From: a virus
Lineage: Duplodnaviria; Caudoviricetes
Reading direction: 5' to 3' (one strand)
DNA length: 58,832 nt
IMG/VR virus record: IMGVR_UViG_3300037606_000073
Location: 1-58,832 of that record
The position numbers and the translations under genes are program-made. This document shows, one piece after another, positions 25,959-36,000 of this stretch (within the stretch, counting starts at the first letter, position 1; each line of letters opens with the position of its first letter). The notes beneath the pieces were generated by a model. It was not told the origin of the DNA, made no database searches, and saw only the letters and a program-made list of their open reading frames with translations.

Positions 25959-26617
25959 CCAAGCTAAGTCACTCGTACTCAGCGCTCAAGATGTACGATA
26001 ACTGTCCGAAGAACTACTTCCACCAGCGGATCGAGAAGTCTGTGAGGGATAGTGGCAACGCCGTCACCGCTTACGGCGAGCGTGTGCACAAGTCGTTGGA
26101 GCTAAGGTTGGGCGAGGGCGCGGCTGGGCTCAACCAAGAGACGTCGCGGTACGAGGCTCTGTGCGCCAGCATCCAGAAGCTGGCGGCAGCCGGTGTGCTT
26201 ACCGTCGAGGAGGAGATGACCCTTAACGACAGCCTAGAGCCCACAGGCTGGTGGGACCCCGACGCGTGGCTGCGCTCCAAGATCGACGTGCTCGTGCGCA
26301 ATGGGCCGGAAGCTATCATGTTTGACTGGAAGACAGGCAAGCGACGCCCCGACTTCGACCAGCTGGAGCTGTTCGCGGTGCAGGTGTTCAAGCATTACCC
26401 TGAGGTCCAGCGCGTCAAGACCACGTTCGTGTGGCTTAAAGAGATGAAGCTGGACCACGAGACTTACACCCGTGAGGACATGCCCAACATCTGGCAACGC
26501 ATCCTGTCCAAGATCAAACGGATCGAGGGTTCGGCCGAGCATGACAACTGGCCAGCCAAGCCAAGCGGGCTGTGCGGCTGGTGCCCGTGCAAAAGTTTCT
26601 GCGAGTTTGCGAAATAG
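25955..26617 (+). CDS. PD-(D/E)XK Cas4-like exonuclease
   Basis: SYSALKMYDNCP, KIDVL...FDWKTGK...QL, CGWCPC..C. Confidence 0.85.
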   Translation: MTKLSHSYSALKMYDNCPKNYFHQRIEKSVRDSGNAVTAYGERVHKSLELRLGEGAAGLNQETSRYEALCASIQKLAAAGVLTVEEEMTLNDSLEPTGWWDPDAWLRSKIDVLVRNGPEAIMFDWKTGKRRPDFDQLELFAVQVFKHYPEVQRVKTTFVWLKEMKLDHETYTREDMPNIWQRILSKIKRIEGSAEHDNWPAKPSGLCGWCPCKSFCEFAK

Positions 26618-26648
26618 AAGTTGACATAGTATACACGGGGGTATAGGC

Positions 26649-27041
26649 ATGGCCACAACACCTGAGGGCCGAATAAAGAGCAAGCTAGACAAAGTACTCA
26701 AGGCCGAGGGGGTCTGGTTCTACAGCCCACAAGCCGGGCCGTTCGGTGTGTCGGGCATACCCGACAGGGTCGCTTGTGTGAACGGACACTTCGTAGGTAT
26801 CGAGTGCAAGGCCGACAAAACCAAGAAGCCCACAGCGCTGCAGATGAAGTGCATGAGGGACATAGAAGCAGCGGGCGGCAAATGCTTTGTCGCGTACGAC
26901 GACAAAACCATTGAGACGGTAAGGGAGTATATCCGTGCTCGTAATCCCCAAGGCAAAAGCGCTGGCGCTAAAGCTAAAGAATCCGGCCCAAGTGCTGGCG
27001 ACGGTGACGTCCGCCAAGTCGATGACGGTGCGTGGGAATAA
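26649..27041 (+). CDS. VRR-NUC domain nuclease
   Basis: TPEGRIK, GIPD, IECKA, PTALQ. Confidence 0.85.
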   Translation: MATTPEGRIKSKLDKVLKAEGVWFYSPQAGPFGVSGIPDRVACVNGHFVGIECKADKTKKPTALQMKCMRDIEAAGGKCFVAYDDKTIETVREYIRARNPQGKSAGAKAKESGPSAGDGDVRQVDDGAWE

Positions 27042-28488
27042 CATCGTCGTCGTCCCGCACAAGCTGGCTGCTGTAAAGCAGCTGCGTGCACTGGGTATCG
27101 CAGCGCCTTCTCCGATCCTGCACTACTACGACTGGCCCGGCCAGTTCACACCATACGAGCACCAGCAGATGACGGCGTCGTTCCTCACTATGCAGGACCG
27201 CTGCCTTGTGCTCAACGAGATCGGTACAGGTAAGACCCAGAGCGCTCTGTGGGCAGCCGACTACCTCATCAACATCGGCGCTGTGAAGAAGGTGTTGGTC
27301 CTATCCCCGCTGTCTACACTGGAGCGGGTGTGGGGTGATGCTATCTTCAAGGGTTTCTACCACCGCAAGCACGTGGTACTGCACGGTACTGCGGCGCGCC
27401 GCAAGAAACTGCTTGGCACCGAGGCTGACTTCTACATCATCAACCACGACGGGTTCAGTATTATCTCGGAGGATACCGTTGGTAAGTTTGATCTTGTCAT
27501 CGTCGACGAGGCAGCAGTCATGCGCAACCCATCGACCACTCGATACAAGCACTTCAAGAAGTGGATGAACAAGAACCCAGACATGCGGCTGTGGCTGATG
27601 ACGGGCACGCCGACACCGAATGACCCCACTGACGCATGGACCCTGTCCCAGCTGGTGGAGAGCCCGTATGCACCTCGCACCTTCACGGCGTTCCGTGAGC
27701 AGGTTATGATGAAGATTGGTCAGTGGAAGTTTGTACCACGGCCAGAGAGCATGGAGATTGTGAAGAACATATTGCAGCCAGCAATACGTTACACACGGGA
27801 CGAGTGCTTCGATCTACCTGACACGGTGATCCAGACCCGCAGGGTAGAGCTGACACCCGAGCAGAAGAAACACTACACGACCATGATGCGCCGCCTTGTC
27901 ATTGAGATGGAGTCCGGCGACGGCACCATCAGCGCGGTGAACGAGGCTGTTAAGGTGCAGAAGCTGGTACAAATTGCCTGCGGTGTAGCGTACACCGACG
28001 ACGGGCAGGACTTTGAGATTGATTGTTCCCCCCGGGTGAACGCAGTGAAGGAGGTGATCGAAGAAGCAGGTGAAAAGATAATCGTGTTCGTGCCCCTGAC
28101 AGGGACGCTGAACATGCTGTCGCGGGAGCTGTCTAAGCGCTGGACCACAGCCGTTGTCAACGGCGCGGTGTCATCCAACAAGCGCAACCAGATATTCCAC
28201 GACTTTCAGAACAGTAAGGACCCGCGTGTACTGATCGCTCACCCTGCAACTATGGCTCACGGCCTGACCCTTACCTCGGCTTCGACCGTGGTGTGGTATG
28301 GCCCCATAACCAGCAATGAGCAATACGTTCAGGCCAACGGGCGGGTAGAGCGCATCGGGAAGCGGCACGTCAGTAACGTGGTCCACATAGAGGCCACCGA
28401 CCTTGAGTACAAAATGTATCAGAGGTTGTTGAGCAAACAGAAACTACAGGGCCTGCTTCTTGACCTGATCCAACAAGCAACGGAGTGA
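26935..28488 (+). CDS. SNF2-family helicase
   Basis: EIGTGKT, VDEA, MTGTP, QANGRVERIG; GTG start after AAGGGAG. Confidence 0.9.
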   Translation: MLVIPKAKALALKLKNPAQVLATVTSAKSMTVRGNNIVVVPHKLAAVKQLRALGIAAPSPILHYYDWPGQFTPYEHQQMTASFLTMQDRCLVLNEIGTGKTQSALWAADYLINIGAVKKVLVLSPLSTLERVWGDAIFKGFYHRKHVVLHGTAARRKKLLGTEADFYIINHDGFSIISEDTVGKFDLVIVDEAAVMRNPSTTRYKHFKKWMNKNPDMRLWLMTGTPTPNDPTDAWTLSQLVESPYAPRTFTAFREQVMMKIGQWKFVPRPESMEIVKNILQPAIRYTRDECFDLPDTVIQTRRVELTPEQKKHYTTMMRRLVIEMESGDGTISAVNEAVKVQKLVQIACGVAYTDDGQDFEIDCSPRVNAVKEVIEEAGEKIIVFVPLTGTLNMLSRELSKRWTTAVVNGAVSSNKRNQIFHDFQNSKDPRVLIAHPATMAHGLTLTSASTVVWYGPITSNEQYVQANGRVERIGKRHVSNVVHIEATDLEYKMYQRLLSKQKLQGLLLDLIQQATE

Positions 28489-28492
28489 CAAC

Positions 28493-28888
28493 ATGACCGT
28501 GACAGTCGATAGCGTCATCAAGACGTACATGAAATTACGTATCAAGAAGGAAGAGATCGAAGCGGAAGCCAAGGATAAGGTGGACGCTGTCAAGGGTAAC
28601 ATGCTCAAGCTAGAGGCATGGCTCAAGGCCAAGGCTGACGCTGACGGCGTCACGTCCTTCAAGACCGATCATGGCACAGCGTTCCTGACCACCACCGACT
28701 ACGCCAACGTCGCCGACTGGAAAGCAGTACTGGACTTCATCCGTAGGGAAGAAGCCTTCGACATGCTGGAGAAGCGCATCAGCAAGACCGCTGTCCGCGC
28801 CTACCTCGACGCTACCAATGAAGTCCCGCCGGGTGTGACCTATGGCACCAAGCTGGACATCAACATCCGCAAACCTACAGCTCGCTAA
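28493..28888 (+). CDS. Conserved phage protein (131 aa) upstream of SSB-like gene
   Basis: GGAG RBS; KTDHGTAF and VPPGV motifs. Confidence 0.7.
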   Translation: MTVTVDSVIKTYMKLRIKKEEIEAEAKDKVDAVKGNMLKLEAWLKAKADADGVTSFKTDHGTAFLTTTDYANVADWKAVLDFIRREEAFDMLEKRISKTAVRAYLDATNEVPPGVTYGTKLDINIRKPTAR

Positions 28889-28898
28889 GGAGGACCCT

Positions 28899-29885
28899 AT
28901 GAGCAACATTATCCCCGCAAACTTCAAAATCCCCGCACACCTTGCCGCCAAGGTGGGCCAACCCTCTACCCTGTCGCATAGCATTGCCGCTGGTATCTCC
29001 AGTGGCCAGTCGTTCCCGCGCATCTCCCTCAAGGGAAGCCGGTTCCGCATCGTCGAGGATGGTACTGAGACAGTGCTGGACACCACCTCGCTGGACATCG
29101 TGATCGTCGGTGCAAACCCGAAGCTGTCCAAGACTTTCTACGACAAGTCATGGGACAAGGATGCTGAGGCGACTGCACCTGACTGCTATTCTCTGGACGG
29201 CGTTAAACCCCACCCCGAGAGCGAGGCACCGCAGAACGACGTGTGTGCATCGTGCCCCCACAGTGCGTGGGGCTCCAAGACAGGACCACAAGGGCAGCAG
29301 CTCAAGGCATGTACTGACCAGAAGCGGTTGGCCATTGTCGCGGCTGACGATCCGGAAGGTCCTGTGTATCTGCTGCAGGTCACACCCGCCGCACTCAAGG
29401 GCCTTAACTCTTATCACAAGGAGTTGTCAGTACGTGGTATCCCCGCCGAGGTAGTCAAGACCAAGATTAGTTTCGACACCGACGCGTCGTTCCCCAAGCT
29501 GAAGTTCGGCTTCGGCGGGTTCCTCGACGAAGATACCTACGCCGCAGTCGAGCCTCTGTTCGGCGCTGACAACGTGATGGACATCACTGGCGAGAAGCAA
29601 CCCGATGCAGTCTCTGCGCCGTCGACGCCGCGTAAGGTGGCGGTCAAGGTGGCGAAGCCCGCGCCCGAGCCGGAGCCGGAGCCTGAGGAAGAAGTCGCGC
29701 CACCCGCCGCTGCGGGGGCACCCAAGCGTGGTTTTGGTGTAGCCAAGGCAGCCCCTGCTGAGCAGCCCAAGGTAGCAGCCAAGCCCAAGCCCAAGCCTGA
29801 GCCCAAGGCGGCTGTCGTGGTGGATGACGAAGTGTCCAGCTTGGCCGACGAGATCGCAGCGCTGATTGGAGATGACGATGACTAA
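28899..29885 (+). CDS. Putative ssDNA-binding/annealing protein
   Basis: AGGAGG RBS; FPRISLKGSRF, PDCYS...CASCP...KAC, Pro/Glu/Lys linker and acidic DDDD tail. Confidence 0.65.
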   Translation: MSNIIPANFKIPAHLAAKVGQPSTLSHSIAAGISSGQSFPRISLKGSRFRIVEDGTETVLDTTSLDIVIVGANPKLSKTFYDKSWDKDAEATAPDCYSLDGVKPHPESEAPQNDVCASCPHSAWGSKTGPQGQQLKACTDQKRLAIVAADDPEGPVYLLQVTPAALKGLNSYHKELSVRGIPAEVVKTKISFDTDASFPKLKFGFGGFLDEDTYAAVEPLFGADNVMDITGEKQPDAVSAPSTPRKVAVKVAKPAPEPEPEPEEEVAPPAAAGAPKRGFGVAKAAPAEQPKVAAKPKPKPEPKAAVVVDDEVSSLADEIAALIGDDDD

Positions 29886-30162
29886 TACACCCCTCGACTT
29901 CGAGAAGGTGGAGCTGGTCCGCGAGCGCATGGGCCTTACGATCAAGGATATGTGCCAGCTGCTCGACGTAACCCGCGTCACCTACTACAAGTGGGTGGAC
30001 GGCGGGGCACTCCGGGATCGCAACGACAGGCGCGTCAGGTACCTGCTCCGCCAGCTCCTACCTCTATTGAAAGACGGCTCTTGGCCCCCCGAAGGGGCCA
30101 AGTTCCAGACCAGCCCCGCCCGACTGCGCTCCTTACTTGAGATTTTAGAGGTAGTCGAGTAG
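29878..30162 (+). CDS. XRE/Cro-like HTH regulator
   Basis: RERMGLTIKDMCQLLDVTRVTYYKW. Confidence 0.8.
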   Translation: MTNTPLDFEKVELVRERMGLTIKDMCQLLDVTRVTYYKWVDGGALRDRNDRRVRYLLRQLLPLLKDGSWPPEGAKFQTSPARLRSLLEILEVVE

Positions 30163-30174
30163 GGTACCAAAACT

Positions 30175-30200
30175 GGGGAGGGATAAACCCTCCCCTTCTT
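30175..30200 (+). terminator. Hairpin, possible terminator before the primase gene
   Basis: GGGGAGGG-ATAAA-CCCTCCCC followed by TTCTT. Confidence 0.55.
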
Positions 30201-30222
30201 ACACCAGAGCAAGGCGTGACAC

Positions 30223-33063
30223 ATGGATACGTTGGACTTTCTCCAGCGTGTTCTGCCAACAGAGGGGAAGTACTGCTCATGGGGGCGCGCACAGCGGTTC
30301 TATGATTCAACCAGCGATTTGGCTGAAACAGTACTAGACAGAGACCAGCGTGGGCAGGACACTTACTTTGCTATTTCTAGTTTTAAGGATGACAGCAGCC
30401 GTAAGCAGGTGAACGTACACGCGATACGCGTGCTCACCATAGACGTAGACTGTGGTCCAGATAAGCCGTTCCCTACATGGAAGGAGGGGCTGCAAGCCCT
30501 TGGCAAGTTCGTAGCAGACGCGGGCCTGCCCAAGCCATTGGTTGTGCGCTCAGGCTACGGGCTCCACACCTACTGGGTACTTGATCGCGACCTCGACCGT
30601 GACGAGTGGACACCGCTCGCGCGTGCGCTGAAGGACGCGGCCAAGACCCGTGGCTTTGACATAGACACGACCAAGACGGCAGACGCAGCGCTGGTGCTGC
30701 GCCCTGTCGGAACCCATAACTACAAGAACCCGACTGCACCCAAGCTGGTGCGTGTAATCCTCGACGGTGGCGACACCACAGTGGATGCGATGCGCAAGGC
30801 GCTGGCGTACTACTACAACGCTTCGAACACCCCCGTTAAGCCCAAGAACAACAGCCTGTTGGACAGCCTCGCGGTCAAGACCGACATGCCCCCAGCTGTG
30901 GGCAGCCTCATCGTCGCCAAGTGCGAGCAGATCAAGTGGGCCTCAGAGAACCAAGCCAAGGTGGCTGAGCCACTGTGGTACGCCCTGATCGGTGTGGCTG
31001 CGTTCTGCGAGGACCCCGAGGGTACAGCCAAGATGTGGAGCGAGGACCACCCGGGCTACTCTGAGTCAGAGACGCTGCGCAAGCTGCAGCACTGGCGGGA
31101 GCAGGCCACTGGGCCGTCTACCTGCGCCAAGTTTGAGGCAGAGCGCCCCGTGGGGTGCAAGGGCTGTCCGTTCGCTGGTAAGATCGGTAGCCCAGCGCGA
31201 CTGGGTGTGCGGTATCAAGAGGTGGACACCAGCGCAACTGCACCGGACGAAGTCGTTACCGACATACCTGTACCCAAACCGTTCAAGCGTACAGCCACAG
31301 GGATAATGGCGACCATTGACGACACGGACGTGCCCGTCTGTAACTTCGATCTCTACCCACTGAGCTACGGGTACGACGAAGCGCTGGGCTACGAGGTGGC
31401 GCAGTTCATGTGGGAGCGCCCGCATGTGGGCTGGCTGGTACTGACGCTGCGACTTGCCTATCTGGCCGACGGTTCATACCGCGAGTTCGTCGGCGCTGTT
31501 GCTGACCAAGGCATCATGCTGGAGACCAAGCGGCAAACGGAGTACTTTCAGATCATGCTACGTGCTTACATCAACGAACTGCGCAAGGTACGGACAGTCA
31601 CCAACCTGTACTCGACCATGGGTTGGAAGGAAGACAACGAGGTGTTCGTCCTTGGCGACGACCTGTTCCGCCGCAGCGCCAACGGCGTCGTGACCACAGA
31701 GACGATCCGCCTGTCCGCCCGCAGCACGCGCGCGGGTAGCGATATGTATACCACGAAGGGCAGCTTCGAGACGTGGAAGTCCGGAACAGGTCTACTGCGC
31801 AAGGGCAAGCTCAACGCGCACCAGTTCTCCATAGGTATCGGGTTCGCCTCGATCCTCATGCAGTTCACAGGCCTCAAGGGTACGACCGTGTCGTTCTATG
31901 GCCCATCCGGTAGCGGTAAGTCACTGGCGCAGCTGATGCAGCAATCAGTATGGGGCGACCCAGAGAAGCTGCACTTCCAGTCCAAGTTCACCGCGAACTC
32001 TCTGTTCAACAGGTTTGGTACATACGCCCACCTGCCCATGACGGTGGACGAAGCCACGCAGATGTCCGACAAAGATGTCGGCGACTACCTGTACTGGGTG
32101 AGCCAAGGCCGGGACAAGGCACGCCTGTCCCGCACCGCAGAGGAGAAGGCACCACGGGAGTGGGCTCTGTTCTCGACGCTATCCACCAACAGACCAATTA
32201 CCAGTAAGCTGATATCCACAGGGCATGAGACGGACGCGCAGCTTGCGCGCCTGCTGGAACTCCGGGTCAACAAGTCCCCGCTGTTCGGCGACGGTACAGA
32301 CTTCGGCCGTAAGATACACCGCCTGTTCACTGAGAACTACGGGTGGGCAGGGCGCATGTTCCTGCACCGGATAATGGAGATCGGCGAGCAGGGCCTGCGG
32401 GCTATGATCGCGAGCGCACTGGATGAGTTCGAGGCACGGTACGGTGTGAAGTTCGACGGCGTCGAGCGGTACTGGGAGATCGCTGTTGTGCTGACAGAGC
32501 TGTGCCTGCGGCTGGCCCACGAGTGGGGCATCATCGACTTCGGACCCGTCGAGTGCACCAACTGGGTAATCATGCAGCTGGACTCCATGCGCGAAGCTGT
32601 GCAGGACAACGCGCTGGATCACTTCGATCTGCTGGCTGAGTATATCAACGAGCACCTGCGTGAGACAATCGTCGTGTACCACGAGGCAGGCAAGGCACCG
32701 CAGCCGGTGTACGAGCTGATGCCCAAGGGTTCGGTTCGGGTGCGCATCGACGGCCAGCGGACGCACGGTTCGACAGACCTCGTCGGGGGTGTGATGCTGC
32801 TGGAGCGTTCGAACTTTCGCAAATGGTTTGCAGAGAAGGGCGGGAACCCACGAGAGTTTGCTGAACAGCTGGCTACAGATGGGGCCGACGCTACACCGAG
32901 ATCGAAGAAGGCGTCGCTCGCCAAGAACACGACGCTCTCCATGCCGCAGTGCTACGTCATCGGGGTAAACCTGAACCACCCGCGCATGAACTCAATCCTC
33001 GAAGGGTTGCATCACGCACAGGAAGACGCTGTGTTCTCGAAGCTCATGCAGAGTGACTTATAG
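30223..33063 (+). CDS. Primase (AEP/RepB-like) fused to DUF927 helicase
   Basis: IDVDC, SGYGLHTYW, LRPVGTHN; Cys cluster; Walker A GPSGSGKS and TVDE. Confidence 0.85.
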   Translation: MDTLDFLQRVLPTEGKYCSWGRAQRFYDSTSDLAETVLDRDQRGQDTYFAISSFKDDSSRKQVNVHAIRVLTIDVDCGPDKPFPTWKEGLQALGKFVADAGLPKPLVVRSGYGLHTYWVLDRDLDRDEWTPLARALKDAAKTRGFDIDTTKTADAALVLRPVGTHNYKNPTAPKLVRVILDGGDTTVDAMRKALAYYYNASNTPVKPKNNSLLDSLAVKTDMPPAVGSLIVAKCEQIKWASENQAKVAEPLWYALIGVAAFCEDPEGTAKMWSEDHPGYSESETLRKLQHWREQATGPSTCAKFEAERPVGCKGCPFAGKIGSPARLGVRYQEVDTSATAPDEVVTDIPVPKPFKRTATGIMATIDDTDVPVCNFDLYPLSYGYDEALGYEVAQFMWERPHVGWLVLTLRLAYLADGSYREFVGAVADQGIMLETKRQTEYFQIMLRAYINELRKVRTVTNLYSTMGWKEDNEVFVLGDDLFRRSANGVVTTETIRLSARSTRAGSDMYTTKGSFETWKSGTGLLRKGKLNAHQFSIGIGFASILMQFTGLKGTTVSFYGPSGSGKSLAQLMQQSVWGDPEKLHFQSKFTANSLFNRFGTYAHLPMTVDEATQMSDKDVGDYLYWVSQGRDKARLSRTAEEKAPREWALFSTLSTNRPITSKLISTGHETDAQLARLLELRVNKSPLFGDGTDFGRKIHRLFTENYGWAGRMFLHRIMEIGEQGLRAMIASALDEFEARYGVKFDGVERYWEIAVVLTELCLRLAHEWGIIDFGPVECTNWVIMQLDSMREAVQDNALDHFDLLAEYINEHLRETIVVYHEAGKAPQPVYELMPKGSVRVRIDGQRTHGSTDLVGGVMLLERSNFRKWFAEKGGNPREFAEQLATDGADATPRSKKASLAKNTTLSMPQCYVIGVNLNHPRMNSILEGLHHAQEDAVFSKLMQSDL

Positions 33064-33073
33064 TCACTCTGCA
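33047..33073. terminator. Hairpin at the junction of the convergent arms
   Basis: TGCAGAGTGACT-TAT-AGTCACTCTGCA, a perfect 12-bp stem spanning both stop codons. Confidence 0.55.
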
Positions 33074-36000
33074 ATGTAGGCATCCACGATCTTCTGCGCC
33101 GCACTCCTTGAGGATAGCGGCGTGGTCTTCAGGAACCGCTCACTGGCACCTAGACGCTGCGATCTCAAGGCGCTGCGGACGCGGGACCTAAGGTTGACAA
33201 CCTCCAGCCCTGTCCCCTCGGCGGACTCATTCCACTCTCGGGCCTCTGCATATAGCGCCTGCACCTTGGCGTTATCGCCAGCCACTGTGGCGGCTACGAT
33301 GCGGTCGCGGTAGTACACAGACATAGACTTCTGGTACTCGGTGATGAGCTTGGCCTCACGGACAGCTCCGTACATTGCAGATGTTGCGCTCGGCTGGAGA
33401 CCAAGTATCCGCCCCAGACCTATGGCTGCATTGTAGTCTTCAGATACTACATACCCGCGTTTGTCCACGATGGCTCCGTGCTTCTCGAAGGCGAACGCGT
33501 CCGATACGGCACGCACGAACGCGACCGGCGACTCCCGCAGTGTTGACTCAAGGGAGAAGGCTTTCCCCCCGGGCAGGATGTTGGCCACATTACCTATGGT
33601 CCCTATCATCTGTTGTATCCACGACGCCATCGGTCCGCCAATCGAGATAAGCTCGCGTGACACATCTGCTCCAGCGAGGCCAATACCCGTACCCGGTAGG
33701 ATATTACCATTGGAGAAACGCACGCCAGCGTCGTACGGAATGAGCCGGTTGAGCCCACCGCTCACAATTATCTCCCCCAAGCCGGGGAGCAGCTCGTCCC
33801 CTGTACGGCGGATAGAGTCACGGATGCTGGGCATGGGTATACCAAACTTCTGCGCGAGGGTGTTGACGAGGTCCTCGATGTCTTCGGCGTAGGGCACACC
33901 ACGCAAACCGCTGAGCAGTAGCAGTGACCCTAGCAGCAGCACCTGCCCAGAGCGCGGCAGATTGGCGATGAGTGCCGCAGTGTTTACCGTAAACATCTGG
34001 AACATAAACGCAAACTGTAGCGGGCCGCCGCGGAACAGCGCTGGCCTGTCTATGGCGGTGTACCCCCCAAGCGTAGTCAGAACCATCTGAGTGGAGAACG
34101 CGGAGGCAGCCTCAGCGGCTTCTGCTCGTGACTTACCGGCGGCTAGGTGCCGCTGGAACATAAGCTCGAAACTTGCCAGCGCCGTGGTTCTACGCCCAAC
34201 TTGTTCTGTCCAGTTGAACGGGGCCATGTACACCATCAGGAACTTCTGTGCGCCACCGGATGTGATACGCCCACGCGCCGAGCCCATAAGAGAGTTGGTC
34301 TGGGCAGCTTGGAGGATGCCACTGTCAATACCGAGGGCTACGAAGTCTCGCGCCTCAGCCGAGATACCCATCTCTTGCAGCTGCGCGGGGGTGAGGTCTT
34401 GCCAATACTTAGCTGTGTCCTTCTGCCCACCCAGTCCAGCGGCCACCTTCGTCGCCCGAACCATTGCAGCATACGCGGCGTACACCCCAAAGCCCCCGCC
34501 AAACCCCGTCTCGTGGTTCATTGTGGCCAGTGCTGCGGGCGAGTTGACAAATCCACTCACGACGTTGAGCGCACCCGACGCCATCATAAAGCCGAGGTAG
34601 CTCACAGAGGTCAGCATCTGCACCATCGCGATGTGCTTGTTGTTTGCTAGGTCTGTCTCTAGCACACCCTTCTGCTGGTCGCGGAACGCCACCATCGACC
34701 GGGCCTCTGCGTAGAACTTGTTCCCGTTCGCGGGCGCATTTTCAGTGACATACCACCGGTGGTACTGCTCGAACTTCTGGCGGGCCACGCTGATCGCGTC
34801 GTCGTTCGGGTTAGGCGCAGCTTTGAGTCGTTCGTACTCAGCCTTGAGCGTGTCGTACCTTTTCTTGCTGCCCGTCCACAGCTCCGCGGATTCACCCCTG
34901 ATATCGAGCAGGGTCTCAAGTTCCACACTTGTATTGTTCCGGGCGATGGTGGCTGCGCGCGACTCGATGTGTGCTGAGATCGCACTGGTCAAGTCGTTGG
35001 GTGCACCGGGTGTGAAGCCAGTCTTCAGCTGCCGCAGGATCGCACGGTTACCACTAGTGGTCGAGGCTTTAACAATGTCCTCCAGTTTCTGTGGCGTCAG
35101 AGGGATGTTAAAGCGCCGGATGAACCGCAGCGCGGCGTCGTGGCTGATCTCCGGGTCTGTAGTGGGTGCGTCAAGGGTGACCGAGCTTACCCCTGACAGA
35201 TTGCCCTTCTTCATCACGAGCTTGCCACGACCGTTAGCAGCCTCTGGGTCCCACACTTCTACAGTAAACTCTTTATCACCAAACAAGGTTGTGAGTTCCT
35301 TGGCCGCGCGATCAGCATCCGTCCGGCTTTCGTACTGCATGTACGGGGCCTGCTCGCGATAGCTCTCGCCGAGCACGTACCCTTTTCCGTCTGCCCCGGT
35401 GAACACCATGTTTGCTTGGAACTTACCCTCGCGCACGATAGGGACGTAGCCTGTCTGGATCGTGCGGACAGCAGCCTTCTCAGCGTCGTGGCTTGTAGTG
35501 AGCTGCCCAGCGATGAGTCCTACTTCGCGTTGGACCACGCGCCGTTTTTCTAGGCTTTCGACAGCGTTAGGGTCTGCCGCTGGTGGATTGTAGCGGGTGA
35601 GGAACCCGTCGATCATGTCGGTAAGTTCTTTCCGCTCGCTCTCGGGTAACGCTACGATGTCGTTGTTGTCCGCGTTTGGAGCAAACAACCCGTAGATACG
35701 GTCACGGCCAGTGCCCAGCAGGGCGGCGTTAAACTGAACGAGGAACTTTTCAGCCGCGGCTGTGTCGCGGGTCGAGGGGTCGATTTGCCCGCCCTCAAAG
35801 AGGGTCAGGTTTGCGTCTTGTATCTCCACGTACCGGCGGACAACACGGTCCAGCAGCGCGCGGTCACCATCTGTCATGGCGGCGTCCAGCGCCTTCGCCA
35901 CTCGGCGGTAAGAGTTTAATCTCTCTTGGTCGTGTTTGGTGAGGATACTCTCCAGCAGCTCGACTGCGGTTGTGCCCATCGAGTCCAGCTCTTGGTTGAA

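Noticed and set aside
25955-26617. Cas4-like nuclease as evidence of a CRISPR system
   Set aside because: Solo PD-(D/E)XK exonucleases are routine in phage replication modules; no array or other cas genes.
26935-27041. 107-nt overlap of VRR-NUC and helicase as a programmed frameshift
   Set aside because: The helicase has its own RBS and GTG start, no slippery site is evident, and the VRR-NUC tail looks like run-on.
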